A DNA stretch of 64,000 nucleotides from assembly GCF_009834535.1 (NCBI RefSeq), contig NC_045697.1:12092001-12156000 (forward strand), in the 5' to 3' direction. Below the pieces are notes generated by a model that was not told the DNA's origin, did no database searches, and saw only the letters and a list, made by a program, of their open reading frames with translations. The stretch's first letter is position 1, and each line of letters begins with the position of its first letter. The translations under genes were made by a program, and so were the position numbers. Positions 12,640 to 24,900 of this stretch are shown piece after piece. The stretch comes from Camelus ferus. Lineage: Eukaryota.

Positions 12640-14340
12640 TTTTGAGCATCTTTTTGTTTGCTTATTTGCCTTTTCTATTATCTTCTGAACTATTTTTGCC
12701 TATTTTTCTACACAGTTGTGTTTTCCACATTGGCCATAGTTTTGTTTGGTTAGCTGAATGGTTGTTAGTTACATCAACCATAAATATTGTCTCCAAATGT
12801 AAGGCTTCAATTTTCTGCTCACAGTGACTTTTATAATACTTAAGTTTTACATTTTAGTATAGTCAAATTTACACAATTATAATATGGGTTGTTATTCTTG
12901 CATTTTAACTTAAACTAAGGAAGAATTTCTCAAGACATAATCCCTTATCTTTTCTAACATTTGTTTTGCTTTTAACATTTAGCACTTTAACCAAACGGAA
13001 ATTATTTTTGTGAGTGGTGTGAGGTAGGGATTCATCTTTTTTATTTTTATTTTTTTGCTCCATGTGGGTAACCAATTGCCCTGAAACTATTTACTGAGTT
13101 GGCCATTGTCCCAGTGATTTACAATGACATCTCTCTGTCCTTTACCAAGATTCCACTAATGTTTGGAGAGTTTCTGGGCTTGCTAATCTGTCCTAGTGAT
13201 TTGTATATGGCCCATAGTACCTTGTTTGAATTATTACACTAAGTCCTTATATGTTTTAGAGAAGTCCTTCACCACCTTGACTTGGTAATTCTTGGCTCTT
13301 TAAGTACTGCTCATAAATTTTAGGACTGGCAAGTCATTTTTCATAATAAACCCTACCAGAATTTTGACTGGAGTGACACTGAATTTTAAAAGTACATTAA
13401 AGATGAACTGCTCTCTCTTAAAGGTTTCCCATTCATTTAAAATATAATCACTCATTTTGGGAGTATTCTTTTATGTCCTTCAATAAAGTTTTGTAGTGCT
13501 CTCCACAAGGTCTAAAACAGTTTATTAGCTTCAGTCTTAGGCGTTTTAAAGTTTTTCCTGCCTTTTTTTTTTTTTTTGCTATTGCAGAAGAAATTATTTA
13601 TAAACTGGATTTTCTAACTGGATAACAGCTGACATGTTGTAATATATAATTATGAGTAGTACCTTTTTGGAACACTTTCATCAGTTATAAAACTTTATGT
13701 AGATTTTCTTTCATATTTTCTATATACACAATTATACTGTTTGTAAGCAACCACAGTTTTGCTCATTCTTTCCCTTTAACCTATTGCTTATTTTAATACT
13801 TCTATTTTCTCATATTATACGAGTCAAGGCCTCTCATAAAATGCTGAAAATTGGTGATAGTATGCATTTTTGTCACATCTATTACTCTGAATCATTTGGT
13901 TATGATGTCCCTCATAACAGAAGTGCTCATCTATTTTTGGTTGTGAAAAGCCTTTTTAAAATCATAAATGTGTCAGCTTCTATAAATTTTTTCTGTATCT
14001 ATTAGGATGATATGGTTTTTCTTTTTCTTTTTTTTGTAATGTGTTAAATCATAAAGGTTTTTCAAATGCAGACTCATCTGTGCCTCCCTAGTCATTATTT
14101 ATAATGTTTTTATATTTCCCTATATTTAATTTGCTAATATTTAGTTAGAATTTTTGCACCTAGGTTTGTAAATAAGACTAGTTTGCAACTTCTCTTTCCT
14201 TTGCCATCTGTGCCTTGTTTTGGTATCACGATTACATCAGTATTTTTTCTCTTCTCTAGTCTTTAAAACAGTCTGTAAGAGATAAGAATTATCTATTGCT
14301 TGAAGATTATATAAGGTTATCTTAAAACCATTTGGGATTA
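12640..14340 (-). mobile_element. Decayed L1ME-type ORF2 fragment
   Basis: tttttgtgagtggtgtgaggtaggg, aattttaggactggc…gaattttgactggag and tttgctaatatttagttagaatttttgcacctaggtt are antisense ORF2 landmarks. Confidence 0.7.
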
Positions 14341-15709
14341 AATTTTATAGTTATAAGTCAGACAATTCATAAAGTATCCACATGGTTTATGGTTTAGATT
14401 ATCTACAGTTTATAGTTTATATTATCTAATTTGTTAAAATAACTCACTAATGAACAAATAAAGGAGTACAGTTATGAAATTACAGAGTGAGAATAATACG
14501 AAAAATATAAGCACTAGCAAATTACAAAAACAGAACTAATCTTGCTACTACTAGTATGAGCACTTTATTAATTATACTAAAAGTGAAGTCAGTCCAAAAA
14601 CTTTTTTATTTCTGAAAGAAACCATTTGAAATATGGATTTATATCTTCTACTATGACTAATGAAACTCTCCAAAGTCTATATGTGTAAATAAGATAAGGT
14701 CATCATGATTAGCAAGACATTTAACAATTGCTTATAATGTCTTTATGTCAACCTTAAAATTTTTAATTTGTGAAAGGATTAATACATATAAAGTATTAGT
14801 GTATATATGTATACACATGCATGTGTACACAAACAAATGCATCAAAGGTTATGTACTCCATTAAAAAAAAATTTGGTACGCAAGTAGGCAAAGTTTGAGC
14901 TTACCAATCTATATACCACAGCAGAACAGTTTTATAAAAGAAAATGTGATTTTATGACTCTTTGCTTAAAGCAATCTAGCAGCTTTCTATGGCACTAAGA
15001 AAAGTCAAAATCCTTAATATTTCCTATATGGCTTTCTCATAATCTTATCCTCACCTGTTTCTTTAGTCTTATCTATTACCATTCTCTCCTTTGCTCTCTA
15101 CATCAGAAGCCACTTTAAGCTAAATGAATCCTGTCATGAAGAAAGAACACTGTAATCTCATGAGACAAGAAATCACTCCCAAAATTAAAATAATCAAGAA
15201 GACTACTTAAAGCATAGATTTATATCCACCACCATTACTCTTTTCAACCTCCAAATGTTCACATATGCATTTATGCCTAGAATATCACAATAATTAAAAT
15301 AGTAATTACATTGCTTATTTTCTATATTTACTTGGGTCTGCCTTATCACTCAAGTTCATAGAATCACTGAATGTAAGGACTGGAAATTTACTTTTAAAAT
15401 ATCATCTATTCCAACTATTCATCTGACAGTTTTGAATGTCTAATGATTAGGCAACCAGGAAATCATTTTCCCCCTTCCCCTTTAAAAAAAAGTCTGAGCC
15501 TTAGAGATAGTCTTTCTTACATGGACCTGAAATCTGTTTTCACCTAACTTATAGCTAGTGATCCTAATTCTACTCATTGAGCCATTCAGAGAAAGTTCAG
15601 TCCTACTTTAGTGTAACAGCCATACAAATATTTACAGATAACTACCATGTTGTTTCCAATGCTTCTCTTCGCTGGTGGTAAGAAACACGAGGTAGAGAGA
15701 ATAGAGAGA

Positions 15710-15930
15710 CTAATGTTTGGGTATCTTTTATGAGTTGGTTATTTCACATTTAACTTTCACATTGCTCCAATGAGTGTATAATTATTATTGCAAAATAACA
15801 AGTGAGGAAATTAAAGCTCAGATAGATAAAGTTAATTGTTCATGTAACTTAAGTAGCAGAGCTGAGATTTCAACCCCAAGTCTGTCACAGATACCAAGGC
15901 CTATGTTTTAGTCCTCTTAGAACACTGAAT
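15710..15930 (-). mobile_element. MIR SINE
   Basis: gtgaggaaattaaagctcagatag…gtagcagagctgagatttcaaccccaagtctgtc. Confidence 0.7.
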
Positions 15931-16996
15931 TGCCTCCCACAAAAAAGAAGAGCTGTAAGAGAGTGTAAAACATGGAAAAGTAAGACAAACAAAAATTCTG
16001 AAAATCCTATGCTTTCTAACTTCCAAAATTCAATGTACTGATACATCATGTCCTTAAGCTTTTATTATAATCATCTTTAATATGTCTTATAACACATCTA
16101 ATTATCTCAATATTTCTCATATCCTTCCACATAAATAAACTCATTCAACTGAAAGTTAGGGAAGCAAAAAGAGAAAATTACTTCCGTATTTTAGCTCCTC
16201 TCAGTTTTGATCTGTCTCACACACTGAAAAGATCACCTTCTTTAAATACTGACTAGTGTATTCTTCTTTAGAGCTTCAAACACCACACCTTCTGCAATCA
16301 AACTTAACGCTGATATTTTTCTGGCATCAAGGACTTTCAGCACTATCCCTAACTTGGGTTAACAAGAGCTACTTGTTCACTTTTCTCCAAGCAAACACTT
16401 GTTTGGCATCCTCCACAAGCACCAACAGGCTTTTCCTTCCTTTTCCTCGGAGAATCAAGCTCTTCCTTCAATTAACCATTAGGTAACACCAACATAGCTT
16501 CATCATTCAGGTTTCTTATGAAAAATGTATCATGATTATAATAAATTTATCACATGTATTAACTTTTCTCTCTCCTTAGTTACATCATAAACAATTAAAG
16601 ATAAATCATCTATTTCTTCTTATTTTTCACCTAAGGGCAAAAAACTGCACAGCAAGTGCTTCATCAATATTCTCAGCTGTACATTATAAGAATACTTCTA
16701 CATTGTACACATCCATTTATTTGTATACCTTGCTTTTAGGGTGCTTGTGAGGATTCTCTCACTATACAGTTTATTGTGAAAAGAGACTGAGAGCAACTCT
16801 CATTTTCTCTTTATAAACAAAGTCAATTGCAATACAAAAGGTCTAATTTAGCACACATCTCTCTAGTTCATATTACAGAGGCTAATTACAAGTAATATTA
16901 CTTCCAAAATAAACTGTTCTGTGAATATAAGTTTATATGTACATTTAAGAATATTCAAACATAAAACTATATCTCACATACACACAAAATTCTTAC

Positions 16997-17248
16997 CTTG
17001 CTGAGTATTTTGTTCTTGGATTCGATTCACAGTGAGGTCTAAGGGGCCTTCCTGTTCTTCCTGAAGCGAGTTTTCTGCTTGATTCATTTGGATACTTTTA
17101 CATATTAGACTTGGTCCAATTGAACCATTTCTATTCTCTTGAATTTTACCACTTTTTGAAATATACTCAATTGCAAACTGACGTATCATCTTTTTCATTA
17201 ATTCCTGAGCAACTAGGGGAATGTTAGGATCACAGTTCTGAGGAAGAT
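16997..17248 (-). CDS. LCORL: LCORL internal coding exon (ligand-dependent nuclear receptor corepressor-like; probably equivalent to human exon 5), 252 nt, phase 1/1
   Basis: The translation (D)[83 protein letters not shown](G) is recognisable LCORL. On the minus strand the acceptor is tttcttccctAG|ATCTT (AG at 17250-17249) and the donor is CAAG|GTAAGA (GT at 16996-16995). It lies inside ORF 16974..17291, whose ends are intronic. Confidence 0.96.
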
Positions 17249-18961
17249 CTAGGGAAGAAATAAATATAATAAGAATTAAAAAACAGAACACAAAATACCA
17301 ATGTTTTTCTTATTTTTATTATAAATTAATGATTTCAGAAGTCTCTTAGAGTCAGTTCATAATTTCTCTTAGAATCAATTCATAAACTGGTTTATAGGAC
17401 TTAGCAGTAGAAACCTTGTAGATTTAATTAGTTTTATGATAATATGTCAACCCAAAACTTAGCGTATATAATCACTTCTTGAAAATAAGCATTTTTGTCT
17501 GAAACTGAAATACAGATAAAGAATTACACATAAAAACAAATTATTTTCAGAGTTTCAATTCAAATGTATTCTACCAGAGATTAAATTATTACTATGTGAA
17601 AATAAATTGAATATATAAGTAACCAAGCAATTTTAAACCTAACAGAGTTGGTACACACATTAACTATTAAAGAAAACATATAAACTCTTTAACTATTTGT
17701 ATCATTAATTTTTCAATTCTGTCAAATGCAGTACATTTCATGTACAGCCTGAATATCATCAAGGATTTCTCTCTGTTTCTCAACTTTTCATATCAAGAAA
17801 TTTCAATCACAAAGAAAAAATAAAGACCACTACAATGACAGACAGTCTCTACCAAGATTCAAGAATTGTTAGTATTCTGCTACATTCACCTTCTTTTTAC
17901 TTTCTTTAGTTTGAAGAACTACTGAAAGTAAGTTGCAGAATTATGACATTTCACTCCTAAATATTTCAGCATACATTCACTAGGTTTCTCCTTATAGAAT
18001 ACAGCAGTACCATTACTGAGAGTCTTAATCAGTCCCCTATCCCAAAACACGTTTGTCAGCTATATCCAAAATAAAGGTCAGCAGTGACACACAATTCTGC
18101 CTGAAACTTGTACAAGAGGTAAAAACAACTCAATGATTTTATAGTTAAGAGGTATGGAATAAGAACAGACCACTTACAAACACAGTATCATAGTGATAGA
18201 GTTTTGGTATTGCGGGGGTGGTGGTGGTGGCTTTTTCACACACACACTTCTGGCCTCACTCTAATCCTTTATTTCCTCTGCTCCTTCAGAGGTAGAAGGA
18301 CTGGTAAACTGGGAAGGATGACTAAGCATACTTGGTCTGGCTCCATACTACTTCCTCTTACAAGTGGGCCTACTTCTAGAGATACTAGTTCTTTGCTCCT
18401 TAAAAGCCTCAACTCTTACCCAGGCAGATCAGTGTTATGTGAATAGGCTGCCCTGATCCAGGGCTGTCTGAGATTGAAGGGATAAGTCTTCTTAGTTTTG
18501 GGGTTCAGTAAGAGCTACAGCACTTGTCTAAGAGATCTGAAGGCAAGTACTTCACTAGGCGGAAAAACAACTATTTTTATAGATACCTGATTCCAAAATG
18601 CTAGGAGGTTAGAAAAGATACTATTTAGAGGTAAGGAAAGGCAACAAACTCCCTCCATACCATGACCACCACATTTGGTAGCAAAATGTGACCTAAGCCA
18701 ACATGAATCTGTTTATGGTCCTGCAGAAATATCAACATATTTGATCACAGGGTGCTGTTTTGGACCTGTTAGAGATATTACATAATAAACACCTCCTTAT
18801 ATTACCTCTTTCAAAACAAAAAATTTTGAATTCTGAAAAAAACATTTTGAGAAGGGCCTATAAAAAAATAACATTTTAGGCTTCACATTTATTCTTCATT
18901 TAGACTCCAGTAGGGAAGAGAGGCACTATTTTTGGGGGGGAATTAGAAAGACTTGGCTATA

Positions 18962-19182
18962 CAGTTGATGCTTGAACAACATGGGTTTGAACCGCGGGGG
19001 TACACTTAATGTGGATTTTTTCCCCCAATAAATATGTACTACAGTACTACACAATCCATGACTGGTTGAATCCACAGATGCAGAACCTCAAATACAGCAG
19101 GTCCACTGTAAAGTTTGACTCACATTTTTGACTGTGCAGAGGGTCAGTACCCCTACCTCCCATGCCGTTCAAGGGCCAACTG
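18962..19182. mobile_element. Tigger2a-type (MER28-related) non-autonomous Tc1/mariner DNA transposon
   Basis: TIRs cagttgatgcttgaacaacatggg … cccatgccgttcaagggccaactg, flanked by TA on both sides (18960-61 and 19183-84). Confidence 0.9.
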
Positions 19183-19529
19183 TATATTACATCTCCGCAG
19201 CTTGTTGTATAACTGGAGGTTTGTACGTCTTAATCCCCACCTTCACCTGTTTCATCCCCTCAATGCCCCCGCTTCTCTGGCAACCACCTGTTTGTTCTAA
19301 CACTGAGTCTGTTTTAAATTAGTTTACTTTGTTTTGTTTCTTAGATTCCACATATAAGTGAGAATACACAGCATAAGGAATATGGTCAATAATAATGTAA
19401 TAACTTTTATGGGAACAGACGGTTCTAGACTTACTGTGGTTATCATTTCATTATGTATGCAAATGTTAAATCACTCTGTAGAAAACCTGAAACTAAAGTA
19501 ATACTGTACATCAACATTTTAATAAAAAA
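19183..19529 (+). mobile_element. Short L1 3' end (L1MA9/laurasiatherian type) with a 5' inversion
   Basis: 19183-~19372 is antisense L1 3' UTR (ttagattccacatataagtgaga). ~19373-19529 is sense and ends ctgaaactaaagtaatactgtacatcaac…aataaaaaaa. TSD agaaagacttggctata (18945-18961) / agaaagacttagttata (19530-19546). Confidence 0.8.
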
Positions 19530-19546
19530 AGAAAGACTTAGTTATA

Positions 19547-19750
19547 GATTGGAATCTTAACCATCTTTATGAACTTAGGCTAGTTATACATTCCTTCCAG
19601 GCCTTAGTTTCTCTGTTCATAAAAATAGAAATGATAATAGAACCTTGAAAATCATAACAAGGCTTGCTTCACAAGAGTATTTTAAGGTTATATGAGCTTG
19701 TAGATAAAATACTGAACTCCTGTACTTGGCATTTTAACAGCTAACATTAT
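19547..19750 (+). mobile_element. MIR SINE (host of the L1/Tigger insertion; its 5' part lies near 18925-18960)
   Basis: gaacttaggctagttatacattccttccaggccttagtttctctgttcataaaaatagaaatgataatag matches the MIR core. Confidence 0.65.
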
Positions 19751-20554
19751 TAATACACTGTTATCTTAGGTTATAGTGAAAATAACAAGAGAAACGAAAA
19801 GATATAGACTGAGAACTTGTATTTTATTTAAATCATAAAATGCCAAGTAAAAATATTAACTAGGTTAATATAAAATTATTAACTAGGAAAATAAGTACAT
19901 AATTTATAAGTCCATGTGATATATTTTGGTCCAGAATAAACAGTATGAGCAAATGTAACCTAACTAAAGTAGTTTACATCAAAACAAGAAATTTTCATGT
20001 TATCTGTAAGGATTCCCAATTTATACCATTTCTTGATTATTACTTCCGGGAATCTCTGAAAACTTCTGTGAACATTCCTCTCCATTCAACCTTTTTTCAA
20101 ACCTAATCTTGCTTTGTATTATGTTTGAAAAGGAGATACTGGATTTACTTTTAGGTATTTTGGTTAATTGCTCTGCAATTTATTGACTAATATCACCTTA
20201 TAAATTCAAAATAATTAAATTTATCAAAAAAGAACAAAAACATGATAAGACTCATATCATGTGATTAGGGCTATTACTTTAGAATTGAGTTTAGAGCTAA
20301 GTTTAAAGCAGAACAGACAATGCTACTTTATTCATCTACTCAGTTTTTGTTAATTTATATTGAGAATAAACCTATGTGTGAGACCAAAGGACTTGGCAAA
20401 AACCAAACAAACAAATAAATAAGATAAAAAAGAGAGAGAGAGAGAGACAAAGAAAATGTTACTCAGCTGCTGATTAGCTAATGAGCCTTCCAGATTACTT
20501 GCATAAGTTGTCACAACTACATAAAAGCAAATGAGTTAACTAAAGATTTAGACC

Positions 20555-20725
20555 AGGGATTATAAACTCAAATGATTTCAAAGTTCAGGCAACTAACAAA
20601 CGTTTGGCTAGAAGAGAAAATATGTTGCCACAAAGAAGTGGTGTCTACTGCCCCCAAGAAGACAGAAATAACTTATTTTTGCCCTATCTCTTTACTTTTC
20701 AAGTAATTCAAAAGTTTAACAAGTT
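20555..20725. mobile_element. hAT-Charlie (MER102/Charlie7-like) terminal fragment
   Basis: cagggattataaactcaaatgatttcaaagttcaggcaactaac resembles the end CAGGGGTCGCAAACTCAAATGCCTACAGGGGCCAGGCAGGTAAC. Confidence 0.5.
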
Positions 20726-20728
20726 CTT

Positions 20729-21289
20729 TGTGGTAGCCAGTTTCAAGATGGTCCTCAGCGATTCCCACTCCCACCTCCTGGTTTCATACTGTTGTGTAGT
20801 CCCTTCCACGTGTATCAGGGGTCGTTTGTGTGATTAATAATAGAATACTGCAGAAGTGTATGTCACTTCCAAGATTAGGTTACAAAAAAATGTGGTTTCT
20901 ACCCTGGATACTTTGAACATTGGTGCTCAGCTGTCATCTCACTCCCTCTACCACTCTGTCCTGTCTCTTTTTCTCTCATCACTCACTCTGGAGGAAGCCA
21001 TACTGTGAGTTGTCACTACGAGGAGGCTCACAAGGCGAGGAACTGAGGTCTCTCGCAAATAGTCAAATGAGTAAACCTGGGAGAAGATGCTCTAGATCAA
21101 CCAAATCCCAAATGACTGCAACCCTAGCTGACTGCTTGACTTCAGACAACTGAGCCAGAAACATCCGGCTGAGTCACTCTCAGATTCCTGGTTCAGAGAA
21201 AATGTTAGATAATAAATAATAAGTGTTTGTTGTTTTAAATTGCTTAATTTAGGGGGTAATTTGTCAAGTAGTAATTAATAAATAATACA
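20729..21289 (+). mobile_element. MaLR LTR (MLT1F-like), 5' LTR
   Basis: Starts TGTGGTAGCCAGTTTCAAGATGGTCCTCAGCGATTCCC and ends gtttgttgttttaaattgcttaatttagggggtaatttgt…taataCA. TG…CA termini. Confidence 0.85.
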
Positions 21290-21830
21290 GACTTTGGTAC
21301 ACATTAGTGAGATGCTACTGGAATAAAAACCTAGTATGTAGGTGTGGCTTTACAACCAGGCAGTAAGCTTTGAGGAGAGTGTTAATGTAAGCCTGAAGTC
21401 CTCTGAAGGAGCAGATTAATAGAAGCCTTTTGGTCTTTGATAAGGATGCAGGGTGAGGATTTGTAGGAAAATGAGGTAAATGTTATTGGAAAGTGGAGGA
21501 AAAAAATACTTATGTAGTGTCAGGAAGTTTTATAACACTGTTGTCCGTAGTGACCTGGAAAACAAAAATTAGCCTAATGAACTGGGTGCTCTATCTAGGG
21601 AAATTTCTAAGTGAAGTGTTGAGTTTCTTCTTCCTAATTATAGTAAAATGGGAGAAGAGAGAAATATACTAACAGAAGGACTATTCAACAAAAAGAAACC
21701 AGGTCTTGATTGTTTTGAAAACTTTCAGTCTGTACAGATAGGAACTGATGTTTTAAAATTAAGAAAGACTGAGCAAAGACCAGCTCAGGAGGACAGTCAG
21801 GAAAATATGCTTCAGAAATCCGATGGATTT
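21290..21830 (+). mobile_element. MaLR internal region, 5' part
   Basis: gactttggtac…gatgctactggaataaaaacctagtatgtaggtgtggcttta immediately follows the LTR, the usual MLT-int start. Confidence 0.75.
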
Positions 21831-21959
21831 TCTTCAAATTTAACTCTGTTAATAACGATATAGGTAAAATGTGAATTTTTTACTTTAATTTTAGGGTTTT
21901 TTTTTTTGGTTTGGGGATGTCACTCCATTAAGTAAAAGAACTATGGTATTAACCAAAAG

Positions 21960-24900
21960 CTTTCCAGGAAGTGTCTTTAAAAATATTGGCTAAATTTTAG
22001 TGAAAAGAACAAACTATATGGCATTTTAAATTGCTCTATTCCCATCTTCCCTCCCCAGTTCTGAAGTAGCCTACCCCAATACACACACAGCCCCTAAACA
22101 AAGACTGAGAATCTTACAGTTCTAGACATTTAAGGAAATCTCTGTCCAATCATTAGTTGGCCACTAAGCTAACTAGCAGAAATGTCAGTGGCCACACAAT
22201 ACAAAGAATACTGACTTCACTGAATTAGTTCAGAAAAGTCACTAAACAAAGAACAAAAATAACAGCAAGAACACAAAGCAGTGACAACAAACCCTGAGGT
22301 GGGGAATAGTCTGATTTCCACAGCTGTTACATTGTATTATATTAAATACCCACTTTTTTAAAAACAAAACATTATGATAAATACAAACTAGAAATTATGG
22401 ACCATACACAGCAAGAAAAAAGTCAATAGAGAGTGTCTCTGAGGAAGTCCAAGTATTGGGCTTACTAAACAAAAACTTTAAATGAACCATTTTAAATATG
22501 TTCAAAGAACTAAAGGAAACCATGTACAAAGGAAGAAAGGCATGCATCAGTGGAATATCTCACCAAATATAAATAAATAGAACTTAAAAAAAAAAGAAAC
22601 AAATAGATATTCTGGAGTTGAGAAGTACACTAAAATGCAAAATTCACTAGATGGATAAAGAGCAGATTTGAACTGGCAGAAAAAAGAATGAGTGAACTTG
22701 AAGACAGGCCAACTGAAATTACCCAGTCTGGGGAGAAGAAGGGCAGAAAGGAGGAAGGAAAGGAAAGGGGGAAAAAAAAAAAGAAGAGAAAAGAAAAGAA
22801 AGAAAGATGAATAGAACCTCAGAGACCTGTGGGATACCACTGAATGTAAGAAGATTCATAAATGGTAGTCCAAAAAGGAGAGAAGAGAATGAGGCACAAA
22901 GAATATATGAAAAATGATGGTTTGACAGTGTCATAAATGTGATGAAAAACATTTACCTACAAACCCAAGAAGCTCAACAATCTTCTGGTAGGATAAATTC
23001 AAAGAGAGTGACATCTAGATACATTTGGTTTCTTTGGTCAGAAAACAAAGAAAAACAGTAATCTTGAAAGCAGTAAGAAAAGAAAAAATCAAGTAATTAC
23101 ATACAATGGATCCTCAATGAGATTTGCAATCAACATCACATCAGAAATCATAAAGGCCAGAAGAGAGTGGGATGACATATTCAAGAAACTGAAAGAAAAA
23201 GACTGACAACCAACAATTCTTTATTTAGAAAATATATTAAGAATTCTACATTTAGAGTTGGTCTTTGCTTGCCCTTCTCTCTTAAAAAAAAAGAGGTGAA
23301 AATTTAGATATTCCCAGATCAACAAAAACTGAAAATCTGTCGTTATCAGGCCCGACCTAATGAAAGGAAGCTAGAGAGTAACTCAAATAAGCACCAGTAA
23401 ATTAAATAGTTAAAATACAGTATAAATGTATTTTTTGTTTATAATTTTTGTCTGTAACTTCTTTCCTCTCACCTTAGTAGGTAGCTGCATAAAACAATGA
23501 TCACAAATCCATCCCAGTGCAAACAATGTATAAAAATATAACACAGAGGACAATAACAGCACACAGGAAGAGAGATGGAATGGAGCCACATGGGATCAAA
23601 GTTTTTGTAGACCACCGAAATTAAGTAGTTATTAATCTGAACTAGACTGTTGCCTATTAAGATGTTAATTACAACCCCCAGGGCAACCACTAAGAAAGTA
23701 ACTGGAAAAAATACAGTAAAAAAAAAAAGTAATTAAAATGATAAACTACAAAATATCTATCTAACACAAAAGAAGGTAATAATAGAGACAGAAAAAACAA
23801 AAAGAAATAATACCTTGAAAATGAATAGTAAAATGCCAAATGTAGATCCTACCTTATAAGTGATTACATTAGATGTAAATAGAAAGGCAGAGAATGGCAA
23901 AATAAATTAAAAAGAGTAATCCAACTATATGTTGTAAAAAGAGACACTTTAAATTCAAAGATACAAACAAGTTGAAAGAAAAAGAATGAAAAAAGACATT
24001 ATACAAATAGTAACCAACAAAATGCTTACGCGGCTATACTAAAACCAGACAAAATCTGTTCTAAGACAGAGTTCATCACTAGAAACAGAGAAGGTCATCT
24101 TATAATGATAAAGGTTCAATCTACTAAGAAGACACAATAATTAAAAATATAAATATATATACATACACCTAACAAAAGCCCCAAAATACATGAAGAAAAC
24201 ACTAAGAAAAATAAAGGGAGAAACAGAATATTCAATAATAGCTGGAGACTTCAATAAACCATTTCCAATAATGAAAAGAAAAGCTAGACATTAGATAAGA
24301 AAGTAGAAGCCTTCGACAACACTATAAATCAACTAGATCTAACAGACATATATATAATCGCACTCCACATCAAAACAGCAGAAAATAAACTTTTGTCAAG
24401 TATATATGGAAACTCTCCAAAAGAGACCACATATTAAGCCACAGAACAAGTTTCAATCAATTTAAAAAGATTAAAAACATAGAAGTATTCAAAGAAATGA
24501 AAGAAGAGATCAGTAACAAAATAAAATTTAAGAAAATCACAAATGTGAGAATAAAAAAACATACTCCCAAACATATAATGAATAAAAGGCAAGGTTACAA
24601 ATAATATTAGAATATACTAAAGACTGAATGAAAAGGAAAACAACATACCAAAAGGTATGTGATGCAGCTAAAGCAGTGCTTAGAGAGCAATTTATAGTGG
24701 TAAACATATATATTAAAAAAAGTTCAAACTCAATAACCCAATAACCTAACCTTCCACCTTAAGAGAAAATGAACTGAAAACTAAATCCAAAGCAAGCATA
24801 AAGAATAAAATAAATGATAAGTGTTAGACAAGGAAAAAAAGATAGATACCAGAAAGACAACAGAGAAGGTTGATTAAACCAAAAGTTGGTTCTTTGAAAA

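Noticed and set aside
16974..17291. 105-aa ORF as a stand-alone gene
   Set aside because: Only 16997-17248 is exonic. The ORF's N-terminus ([14 protein letters not shown]) is the acceptor pyrimidine tract and KNFVCM is donor read-through.
22738..22810. Purine-rich GA tract as a special structure
   Set aside because: It is a low-complexity expansion within the A-rich L1 ORF1 remnant.
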